64,000 nucleotides of DNA, taken from NCBI GenBank assembly GCA_038851075.1, contig JAWCLG010000003.1:33820-97819 (forward strand). The letters are read 5' to 3'. Of the stretch, positions 56,396 to 64,000 are shown in pieces. Both the position numbers and the translations under genes were made by a program. Below the pieces are notes generated by a model. That model saw only the letters and a program-made list of their open reading frames with translations, ran no database searches and had not been told where the DNA came from. Every line of letters starts with the position of its first letter. Position 1 is the first letter of the stretch. The stretch is from Candidatus Hadarchaeales archaeon. GTDB lineage: Archaea > Hadarchaeota > Hadarchaeia > Hadarchaeales > Hadarchaeaceae.

Positions 56396-57976
56396 TTGAG
56401 GATTATCGTGGTAAACAAAAAAATCGTCTTGGCTACCGGGCTTTCGATAGCCGCGGTGATTATCGCTGTCTTCTTCATTCTTAACTTAGAAAAAAGGTGG
56501 TGGATCGAGGAAACCCGAGAAGATCAGGTTTACTTCGGTGCTTTCGTGCCCGGTGTTGAGGCATCAATTAAACTTCTTGATCAGCTTGAGAGCACTATCG
56601 GACAAAAGCTAACGATAATAAACACATTCCTGCCATCCAGCGCTGATTTTCCGGCCGAGTTCTGCGAACGCATAATCTACCACGGAGCAATACCCATGAT
56701 AACTTGGATGCCCCAGCCCAGAGACCCGAGCACCGAACACGGCAGAGTGCTGGACAGCATCGCCGGGGGCAACTGGGACAGTTATATAAGAAAATGGGCC
56801 GTGGATGCAAGAAACTTCGGTAAACCGGTGTACATTAGATGGGGGCATGAGTTCAACGGATACTGGTACCCCTGGAGCGTCCCAGCGAACGAAAACAGCC
56901 CCGATAAATTTGTGGCGGCATGGAAGCACGTTCACGACATATTTGCCAGAGAGGGTGCAACAAACGTCCAGTGGGTATGGTGCCCGTACCTGCGCAGCAA
57001 CCCTGATGAGGCGTGGAACGATCCACTGCTCGCATATCCGGGTGACGAGTACGTGGACTGGATCGGAATCGATGAGTACAACTGGGGATCAAGCTTCATA
57101 TGGAGCAACTGGCTTGAGTTCAGCGAGATCTTCTCGAACAAGGTGAGGATATTCAGCACGCACTTTCCGACAAAACCGATAATGATCGCCGAGGTCGGGT
57201 GTACCGAGGAAAATGAGCTACCGGGTCAGACGAAAGCCCAGTGGGTGAGAAACATGCTGGACTCTCTAAAGTGGATGACTCCAATACGTGCTGTTGTTTG
57301 GTTCAACTCATTTAAGGAAACAGACTGGCGCATGGAGTCGAGCGAAAGTTCTCTGGATGCTTTTAAAGAGATTTTTAGGGATGCGTACATAGCAGACGAT
57401 GCGAGAGGTCTCTGGAAGATCCCTGATAACTTCAGATCTGACCCGAACATATGGCCCACTTCAACAGTAAGGGCGGAGATGCCGTTCTACGTTTACGGAG
57501 ACAACGGTGGAAACTTTGCTGCCTCTGGGTGGATGGGGGACTACCAATCCATGACCCTTTCAGAGTACTGTACGGAAACCCCAGCTGTAGGAGACACCTG
57601 CATGAAGGTAAAGTACGACATAACAACCAGCAGGAAGGTCTGGGCAGGAATCTACTGGCAGAACCCGCCCAACAACTGGGGTAACGAAGATGGAGGATAT
57701 GACCTCTCAGATGCAACAAAGTTAGTATTCTGGGCCAGGGGCGAAAACGGAGGGGAAATTGTGAACTTCAAAACAGGCGGTATAAGCGGCAGTTACCCGG
57801 ACTCGGCTTTCGTCGTGCTCGGAACAATAACCCTGTCAAAAGAATGGCGAGAGTATGAGATTGACCTCAGGGGACACGATCTGTCATACATATCCGGTGG
57901 GTTTGTTTGGGTCGCCAAACAGGACCAGAACCCCAAGGGGTGCACGATATACCTAGACGAGATAAGATATGAATAA
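56396..57976 (+). CDS. Signal-anchored GH26-like glycosidase (mannanase/lichenase family) plus C-terminal 'module B'
   Basis: GH26 blocks are present: YIRWGHEFNGYWYPW (acid/base Glu), YPGDEYVDWIGIDEYNW and PIMIAEVGC (nucleophile Glu). The C-terminal ~160 aa are homologous to the 47309 ORF C-terminus. The start may be the GTG at 56408. Confidence 0.8.
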   Translation: MRIIVVNKKIVLATGLSIAAVIIAVFFILNLEKRWWIEETREDQVYFGAFVPGVEASIKLLDQLESTIGQKLTIINTFLPSSADFPAEFCERIIYHGAIPMITWMPQPRDPSTEHGRVLDSIAGGNWDSYIRKWAVDARNFGKPVYIRWGHEFNGYWYPWSVPANENSPDKFVAAWKHVHDIFAREGATNVQWVWCPYLRSNPDEAWNDPLLAYPGDEYVDWIGIDEYNWGSSFIWSNWLEFSEIFSNKVRIFSTHFPTKPIMIAEVGCTEENELPGQTKAQWVRNMLDSLKWMTPIRAVVWFNSFKETDWRMESSESSLDAFKEIFRDAYIADDARGLWKIPDNFRSDPNIWPTSTVRAEMPFYVYGDNGGNFAASGWMGDYQSMTLSEYCTETPAVGDTCMKVKYDITTSRKVWAGIYWQNPPNNWGNEDGGYDLSDATKLVFWARGENGGEIVNFKTGGISGSYPDSAFVVLGTITLSKEWREYEIDLRGHDLSYISGGFVWVAKQDQNPKGCTIYLDEIRYE

Positions 57977-58016
57977 CACCACAAGTATTAAAAGAAAACC
58001 CGATGAAGGAGAAGAG

Positions 58017-59411
58017 ATGAAAATGATGATGATTTCCTTCAGGAAAGAGAACAGGGGAGTATCAAAAACACTCCCTGTGATAATTATTATTGCAATAGCG
58101 GTGTTCGGAATTCTTATTTATAGAAGCCTGGGCGGCGGTGCCGAAATGCGCTGGTGGACCGTTCACTCAGGCGCATGGGGGCACTCTGAATGGCACACGT
58201 ATTCCCTTGAAGAATACGACAAGCTTTACGGACACCTTATTGAAAGAACCGACTATGACAATCCAAACTTTAAATCTTCAATACTCAACGCAATGCTCGC
58301 TGGTGACCCGCCGGAGATATGGCATTCCTGGGGGGGGACCCAGCTGAAGAACTTTGTTGAGATGGGGTACGTTGAAGACCTGACCGACCTGATGAATGAG
58401 AGCTGGGCACTGGATATACTTCCCCTCGAAAGCCGCGATAAGCTGATATGGAACTCCACCTGGAACGGAAAAAACTATGGATTTCCATACAGCGTTGGAG
58501 TTATCCAGATATACGTTAACAAAGACCTGTTCGATTCGTGCGGCATAGATTTGCCATCAGTTGAAAACGATGAAACATGGACATGGAGTCAGTTCATTGA
58601 CGCGATACAGACACTTAAAAATCACGGGATAACTCCAATAACGATCGCGGGGACTGAGACATGGCAGCTCTCATTCTGGTATATGTACCTTGTAGACCGA
58701 ATTGGAGGACCGGAGTACTTCACCAAAACGCTGAACCGCTATCCGGGATACTCCTTTGAAGACAATGTGTTCTTGGAGGCTGCCAGAAAGTGCAGGGAGC
58801 TCGTGGAGATGGGTGCATTCCAGCAGACATTCATGGCGGACGGATACGACAAGGCCATAACGATGTTCTCCCAGGGACAGGCCGCAATGTACCTTCAGGG
58901 CTCCTGGGAGATAAAAACTATGAAAACTTACTATAATCAGAACCTGAACGTTGACGTTATCAGGTTCCCCCTCATGGACAACAGCGCCAACGGCGACCCG
59001 CACTCAATTGTTGTGAACGTTCAGGACTACTTCTGCGTCTCATCAACTACGAAGAACAAGGAGGCAGCGTTCAACTTCATAAGGCTGCTTGGCAGAGAGG
59101 ACGTGATTAGAAAATTTGTTGAAAAGGCCGGGGATATATGCGTGTTCGACTCCAGAGTCGGGGGAGGAGTAGACATTCCATCCTCGCTCTACGAGCCGGT
59201 GATCAACAAGCAAATCGAAGAGTTCAACAACTCCACCCATACACAGATGCCCTGGGATCAGTACTCTCCGCAGCAGTTCGCACAGAAGCACCTAGAGTGC
59301 ATGAAGAGGCTCTTCGATGGCACGTGGACTCCAGAGAAGGTGGCCCAAGAGCATGAAACAATAGCCCAATCCCTGAAAACGAGTGGTTACCTGCCGGTCT
59401 CATATGGATGA
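58017..59411 (+). CDS. ABC transporter sugar-binding protein (solute-binding family 1), signal-anchored
   Basis: An N-terminal anchor is followed by a typical family-1 SBP layout (PEIWHSWGG...NGKNYGFPYS...AAMYLQGSWE). I chose the start at MKMMM (58017). Confidence 0.85.
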   Translation: MKMMMISFRKENRGVSKTLPVIIIIAIAVFGILIYRSLGGGAEMRWWTVHSGAWGHSEWHTYSLEEYDKLYGHLIERTDYDNPNFKSSILNAMLAGDPPEIWHSWGGTQLKNFVEMGYVEDLTDLMNESWALDILPLESRDKLIWNSTWNGKNYGFPYSVGVIQIYVNKDLFDSCGIDLPSVENDETWTWSQFIDAIQTLKNHGITPITIAGTETWQLSFWYMYLVDRIGGPEYFTKTLNRYPGYSFEDNVFLEAARKCRELVEMGAFQQTFMADGYDKAITMFSQGQAAMYLQGSWEIKTMKTYYNQNLNVDVIRFPLMDNSANGDPHSIVVNVQDYFCVSSTTKNKEAAFNFIRLLGREDVIRKFVEKAGDICVFDSRVGGGVDIPSSLYEPVINKQIEEFNNSTHTQMPWDQYSPQQFAQKHLECMKRLFDGTWTPEKVAQEHETIAQSLKTSGYLPVSYG

Positions 59412-59429
59412 TGCCGGAAGTGGGGTAAT

Positions 59430-61193
59430 GTGAAGAGAAACTTTTTACCCTACATCTTCATTTTACCTGCACTTGTCCTATTTCTGATGTTCTTCATATT
59501 CCCGAATGCCTACGTTTTCTATTTGTCGATGCACGAACTTGGTCCGAGCGGTGAGGCGCAGGAAAACTGCCTTACCAGCATTTACCCTCGATACCTGAAT
59601 GAGAACAACTTCTATCGGGCAGAGTTTGATATAAAATCCGGAATTTTTTGCCTGATGAGGATATACGAAGGAAACGAAGAAACTCTCATTTCTGACGGTT
59701 TTTCATCTGGTAGGGTCGGAACCTGGTACAAATTAAGGGTTGAGGTGATAAAAAAGGACAACGTCGATACGATAAGATCTTGGATAATCGGAATTGAGAA
59801 CGGATATAAAATCTTTGAAAACTCGTGCGCTCCGCTGAACCACGGCGGACTTGCCCTGTCAGCATATTTCAACAGGGATTTTACTGTGGTCTGGGACGAT
59901 CTCCGGATGATGGAATATCTCGAAGATAAGCCGAATGTGGCTTTTGGCGAAGAAACAAGTTCAGACATTGAAAACTGGGAAAGGAGCAGAACCATTGAAA
60001 TCGAGGGAACTGGTAAAGCACTGGAAAACTATCCGATCCAGTTCGATATTGAATGGCAGACAGACATGAGGGCTGACTTTGGAGATATCCGGTTTACGGG
60101 GGAAAATGGAGCCGAATTTCTGGACTACTGGATCGAGAGGTACTCGCGCGGTCAGCTTGCAACCGTCTGGGTGAAAATCCCATTATTGCCGGAGAACGGT
60201 ACCGCAATCAAAGTTCACTACGGCAACCCTGAGGCAACTTCATCAAGCGAGATTCGGAAAACTTTTGTATTCGGGGACGATTTCGAAGACGCCGCCTGGA
60301 CGAACGCCCACTTTGAGATGTCCGAATGTGAAGGGTGCTCGCAAGTGGCTGAAAACGGAGAATATGTGATGATGGGCAATGCTGGGTCTCTTGTGTTCAC
60401 CAATATAAACCTCCCAGAAATTCCTGAAAACATTGTTTTGGAGGTAAACGTGAAGTTGAAGAAGGTAGGCACAAGAGAATTTGGTCTTTCGTTCGTCGGG
60501 GCAAAAAATTTCTTGGAGCTATTCTCAGACAACATGTTTCTGATGTCTCTGCTTCTGGTCGCAGGCATAGCGATACAGTCCATAGTGGTGCAGGTCCCCG
60601 CGGGTCTGGGGCTCGCTCTTGCGCTGAGGAACATCAGGGGATCCCGCACTTTCCTAACCATATTCTTCCTCCCGATGACAATATCCCTCGTCACACTCTG
60701 CCTTATGTGGAAGTACCTCATATTCAGTCCTCAGGGCATTCTTAACTCAACCTTTGGGATGAGCCTCGACCCGACCAAAGATGCGTTCACGCTCTTCCTC
60801 GCGGTGAACATCATCGCGGACTGGATATATATTGGACTTTACACTGTGATGTTCAACAGCGCCATGAAAAGCATACCAAAATCTGTTTTTGACGCCGCCA
60901 AGGTCGATGGGCTCTCAGGATTCAAAACCCTTAGAAAGATAGTGATACCTGCCCTGAAGAACATCATTCTGGTATCGATAATAATGTGCATCTCCGGGAC
61001 TTTCAAAACATTTGACACGTGGTGGGTGCTGGGAGGAGGTCCGACCGCCCCGCTTCATCTGCCCTCAACCTATCTGGTGACAAAAATAGGGTCCGGTCTA
61101 ATAGGATATGCCTCAGCCATAGCTGTGATCAGTTTCTTCATATGTCTGGTCATAGTGCTAATCCAGCTGAAGGCGATGAAGGTGAAGGTATGA
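59430..61193 (+). CDS. ABC sugar permease (MalF/UgpA type) with a ~330-aa extracytoplasmic DUF2341/LamG-like insertion after TM1
   Basis: TM1 is YIFILPALVLFLMFFIFPNAYVFYLSM. The insertion contains ADFGDIRFTGENGAEFLDYWIERYSRGQLATVWVKIPLLPENGTAIKVHYGNPEA, a DUF2341 signature. The normal permease core then resumes at FVGAKNFLELF and carries the EAA-type loop AAKVDGLSGFKTLRKIVIP. Confidence 0.85.
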   Translation: MKRNFLPYIFILPALVLFLMFFIFPNAYVFYLSMHELGPSGEAQENCLTSIYPRYLNENNFYRAEFDIKSGIFCLMRIYEGNEETLISDGFSSGRVGTWYKLRVEVIKKDNVDTIRSWIIGIENGYKIFENSCAPLNHGGLALSAYFNRDFTVVWDDLRMMEYLEDKPNVAFGEETSSDIENWERSRTIEIEGTGKALENYPIQFDIEWQTDMRADFGDIRFTGENGAEFLDYWIERYSRGQLATVWVKIPLLPENGTAIKVHYGNPEATSSSEIRKTFVFGDDFEDAAWTNAHFEMSECEGCSQVAENGEYVMMGNAGSLVFTNINLPEIPENIVLEVNVKLKKVGTREFGLSFVGAKNFLELFSDNMFLMSLLLVAGIAIQSIVVQVPAGLGLALALRNIRGSRTFLTIFFLPMTISLVTLCLMWKYLIFSPQGILNSTFGMSLDPTKDAFTLFLAVNIIADWIYIGLYTVMFNSAMKSIPKSVFDAAKVDGLSGFKTLRKIVIPALKNIILVSIIMCISGTFKTFDTWWVLGGGPTAPLHLPSTYLVTKIGSGLIGYASAIAVISFFICLVIVLIQLKAMKVKV

Positions 61194-62077
61194 AAACCGA
61201 ATTCGAGAAGGAATGGCACGGTAAAAAGATACTGAAATACGCCGTCCTGGTGATTTTCGCCGCGATAATACTTGTTCCCATAATTATGCTCGTGGTGGAA
61301 TCACTGAAAACCGGTGAAGAGTTCGTCAAGAATCCCCTGTCCCTTCCATCAAATCCGCAGTTCTCAAACTACATCGACGCCTGGAGAGGTGAGACCACAA
61401 CAATGGTCCCGGGACAAAAAATCAATCTCGGGATAGGAATCGAAGATGGTTTCATAAACAGTCTCATAGTGGTGATTGCTTCCGTTTTTATAATTCTGGG
61501 CATAGGGCCGCTCGCCGCATACGCACTTTCATCCCTTGACCTGAGAGGAAGACGAGCATATTTCTACGTTTTTATGAGCGGCATGTTCATCGGAGGACCT
61601 GCGCTGCCTGCCCTCTGGATGCTGACAAACATGCTCGGCATTTACAACACATATCTGGCGCTGATACTCCCATATGTAGCCGGGGCCCTGCCGTTCACCA
61701 TCCTGATAATGTGGTCGTATTTTAAATCCACCTCAAGGTCCCTGTACGAGGCCGCAAAGATAGACGGTCTCTCCCAGTTCAAAACTTATTACAAAGTGAT
61801 GCTTCCAACCGCCATGCCCGCGCTCATGACGGTAGCCATACTGCAGACAATATGGATATGGAACGAATTTTTGCTATCGCTTGTGCTAATACAGAACCCC
61901 AACTTTTACACAATCCCCAGGGCGGTTTACTTCTTCTCAACCGCGGCCACCAAAGGACCGGGCTGGGGGATATTCTTCGCCGGAGTTCTGCTGGCAGCCC
62001 TTCCCACAGTGATAGCATACTTGCTGTTCTCTGAACAGATAAAGAGAGGCATGAGCATGGAGGTCTTCAAGGGCTGA
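61190..62077 (+). CDS. ABC sugar permease (MalG/UgpE type)
   Basis: The ATG at 61190 overlaps the upstream stop (ATGA). The EAA loop EAAKIDGLSQFKTYYKVMLP is present. I rejected the track ORF's 57-aa N-terminal extension. Confidence 0.9.
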   Translation: MKTEFEKEWHGKKILKYAVLVIFAAIILVPIIMLVVESLKTGEEFVKNPLSLPSNPQFSNYIDAWRGETTTMVPGQKINLGIGIEDGFINSLIVVIASVFIILGIGPLAAYALSSLDLRGRRAYFYVFMSGMFIGGPALPALWMLTNMLGIYNTYLALILPYVAGALPFTILIMWSYFKSTSRSLYEAAKIDGLSQFKTYYKVMLPTAMPALMTVAILQTIWIWNEFLLSLVLIQNPNFYTIPRAVYFFSTAATKGPGWGIFFAGVLLAALPTVIAYLLFSEQIKRGMSMEVFKG

Positions 62078-62089
62078 GCGAAGGAACGC

Positions 62090-63199
62090 TCAGGCCACCA
62101 TCACTCCTCCGGGCTCATCAAAAAACCTGACGCATTCCATACTGAGGGTCAGATAAACCGTGCTTCCAACGTCCTTCCCGAAATCGGGGCGAACCACTGC
62201 AGTCATCTTCGTCCCACCAGCGTCCAGCTCCAGATATTTAACGTTGCCCATCTGCTGAGAGAAATAAACCTTGGCCGGCATGGCCCCCCTCATCCTCTTT
62301 TCGCTCACCTGAATATGCTCCGGTCTTATTCCGATGGTTATCTTCGAGCCTGAGATGCTTCTCTTTAACGCGCGCCACAGCGGCAAAGGTATCAACAGAC
62401 TGAAATCACCAGTCGCCTCAAAGAACACTTTTCCTCTCCTTCTTACCAGATCTCCGGTCACGAAATTTATTTTTGGACTGCCTATGAACTCCGCTATAAA
62501 CTTGTTAGCGGGACAATCATATATTGTCTTTGGCCTGTCCAGCTGGAGCAGCTTTCCGTCCTTAAGCACCGCAACCCTGTCAGCAAGTACCATCGCCTCG
62601 GCCTGATCATGTGTTACGTACACGGTTGTTGTCTTCAACTTATTATGCAACTTCTTGAGCTCTGTTCTCATGGAAACCCTAAACAACGCGTCCAGGTTTG
62701 AAAGCGGCTCATCCATAAGATAAATGGATGGGTTTCTGACGATCGCCCTCCCAAGAGCCACCCTCTGTTGCTGCCCTCCGCTCAGCGCAGTGGGCCTTCT
62801 TCTAAGCAGGTGCGTTATCTGAAGTATTTCTGCGGTCTTTGTCACCCTCTCAACTATTTCTTCCTTTGGGACTTTGTCGACCTGAAGACAGAGGGCCATG
62901 TTATCAAAAACCGTCATGTGCGGGTAAAGGGCGTACTCCTGAAAAACCATTGCCACGTTTCTTTCCTTGGGCTCGAGATCGTTGACGCACTTTCCGTTGA
63001 ACAGTATTCTGCCCTTGGTTGGCTTTTCTAGACCGGCAATCAACCTCAATGCGGTGGTCTTGCCGCAGCCTGACGGGCCGAGAAAAACCATGAACTCTCT
63101 ATCCTTTATTTCTAGATCTAGGTTATCGACAGCCTTCACGCTGCCGAACTCCTTGCACAGATGTTCAAGCTCAACTTCTACCATTTTTGACCATTCCAT
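62090..63199 (-). CDS. ABC transporter ATP-binding protein (MalK/UgpC type with C-terminal TOBE-like domain)
   Basis: Walker A GPSGCGKTT, signature LSGGQQQRVALGRA, Walker B IYLMDEPLS. The start is possibly M6 (63184). Confidence 0.92.
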   Translation of the reverse strand: MEWSKMVEVELEHLCKEFGSVKAVDNLDLEIKDREFMVFLGPSGCGKTTALRLIAGLEKPTKGRILFNGKCVNDLEPKERNVAMVFQEYALYPHMTVFDNMALCLQVDKVPKEEIVERVTKTAEILQITHLLRRRPTALSGGQQQRVALGRAIVRNPSIYLMDEPLSNLDALFRVSMRTELKKLHNKLKTTTVYVTHDQAEAMVLADRVAVLKDGKLLQLDRPKTIYDCPANKFIAEFIGSPKINFVTGDLVRRRGKVFFEATGDFSLLIPLPLWRALKRSISGSKITIGIRPEHIQVSEKRMRGAMPAKVYFSQQMGNVKYLELDAGGTKMTAVVRPDFGKDVGSTVYLTLSMECVRFFDEPGGVMVA

Positions 63200-63304
63200 C
63201 TTGGGTAGTGATGTATAAAAAATTAGTCCACATCAACTAAAGCAGGTTATTGCTTGAGCGGTGCCCTATTTTATAACCCTTCCACATTCTTTATGGTGCT
63301 GCAC

Positions 63305-63880
63305 ATGATGGAAGAGGTCCTCAGGACGTTTCTTTCACTTTTTGTTATCATGGGGCCGTTTGCCAGCATACCCGTGTTCATGTCGGTAGTCAGGAGGGTA
63401 AAAAATAGAGGCAGGACTGCCGTTGCTTCACAGGCGGTGGGAATTGCCGCCGCTGTTCTCTTCACTTTCCTGTTCGTGGGAGAGTACATCCTGCAGGCGT
63501 TCATGATAGACATGAACTCCCTCAGGGTCGGTGGAGGAATCATACTCGCGGTGCTCGGCATAGAACTCGCGCTGGGATTCTCAGTAGCCGGGGTGAAAAG
63601 AAAGTACTCCCCTGCTGTGGTTCTGATCGGCACTCCGCTCCTTACCGGTCCCGGCGTGATAGTGACCACCATGATATTCGTAAGCGAGTACGGACACCTG
63701 ATAACCGCGCTCGGTGCGATAGCAGCGCTGTTCCTCAGCTGGGTACTTCTGTGGCTATCAGCTAAGCTCATGAAGGTGGTAGGTGAACCTGGCCTTGAGA
63801 TAGTGTCCACGGTCACCGGAATACTTCTAGTGGCGGTGGCGGTGAACTTCATCATCACCGGGCTCGGAAACCTCCTCTGA
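63305..63880 (+). CDS. MarC-family (UPF0056) integral membrane protein
   Basis: The start FLSLFVIMGPFASIPVFMS and the six-TM layout are typical of MarC. I chose the start at MMEEV. Confidence 0.75.
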   Translation: MMEEVLRTFLSLFVIMGPFASIPVFMSVVRRVKNRGRTAVASQAVGIAAAVLFTFLFVGEYILQAFMIDMNSLRVGGGIILAVLGIELALGFSVAGVKRKYSPAVVLIGTPLLTGPGVIVTTMIFVSEYGHLITALGAIAALFLSWVLLWLSAKLMKVVGEPGLEIVSTVTGILLVAVAVNFIITGLGNLL

Positions 63881-63932
63881 GAAACCTATTTAGGCTGTGC
63901 TGAAAATGATGTCAAGTGTCTGGGTGGTAAAC

Positions 63933-64000
63933 ATGCCGGCACCAACAGGTCCGACAAACCCGGTGCTCCGCAGGCTGATAAGGGAGCTTAGAAAGTCCGG
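63933..64000 (+). CDS. rpl18e: 50S ribosomal protein L18e (eL18), 5' fragment running off the window
   Basis: MPAPTGPTNPVLRRLIRELRKS matches the conserved GPTNP.L..LI..L.K start of archaeal L18e. A GGTGGT element lies upstream. Confidence 0.55.
   Translation, partial: MPAPTGPTNPVLRRLIRELRKS

Noticed and set aside
61019-61189. 57-aa N-terminal extension of the second permease in the ORF track
   Set aside because: The extension lies inside the upstream permease gene in another frame. The ATG at 61190 overlaps the upstream stop (ATGA), and the protein from there on is a complete MalG-type permease.
63200-63253. AAAAAATTAGTCC upstream of MarC, between MarC and the ABC ATPase, as another operator copy
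   Set aside because: It is only a single partial half-site in an AT-rich promoter, and I cannot distinguish it from chance by eye.

Overview
Archaeal chromosome segment. It looks euryarchaeal, possibly Thermoplasmata-like: EF-1alpha is the short type ([15 protein letters not shown], no long insertion), RpoB is unsplit, and EF-2 is absent from the S12-S7-EF1alpha-S10 cluster. This lineage call is inference only. The left ~42 kb is core genome. It holds the rpoH-rpoB-rpoA1-rpoA2-L30e-nusA-S12-S7-EF1alpha-S10 block, a 5S rRNA flanked by tRNAs, nadX-nadA-nadC plus NMNAT and NAD kinase, topoisomerase VI A/B, an acyl-CoA cluster, panB, aIF5A, Nob1 and a PiT phosphate transporter. Three of the four tRNA genes carry introns, and two of these sit at non-canonical positions with bulge-helix-bulge cores I could verify by hand. 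One ORF fuses an aldehyde:ferredoxin oxidoreductase to a hexulose-6-phosphate synthase. The right ~21 kb (42.2-63.2 kb), directly after tRNA-Leu, is an accessory glycan-utilisation locus and is the best candidate for an undescribed system. It encodes membrane-anchored clan GH-A and GH26-like glycosidases and non-catalytic PKD proteins that share two recurrent C-terminal beta-sandwich modules. It also encodes a signal peptidase I, a cytoplasmic GH94 phosphorylase, a sugar ABC importer whose first permease has a ~330-aa extracytoplasmic DUF2341/LamG-like insertion, and a wHTH regulator fused to an L-type-lectin-like domain. A YCAAAATTAG motif phased at 11 bp recurs upstream of several of its transcription units. 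No CRISPR array, transposase, integrase or recognisable defence genes were seen. All family assignments come from reading motifs by eye; no database search was possible.
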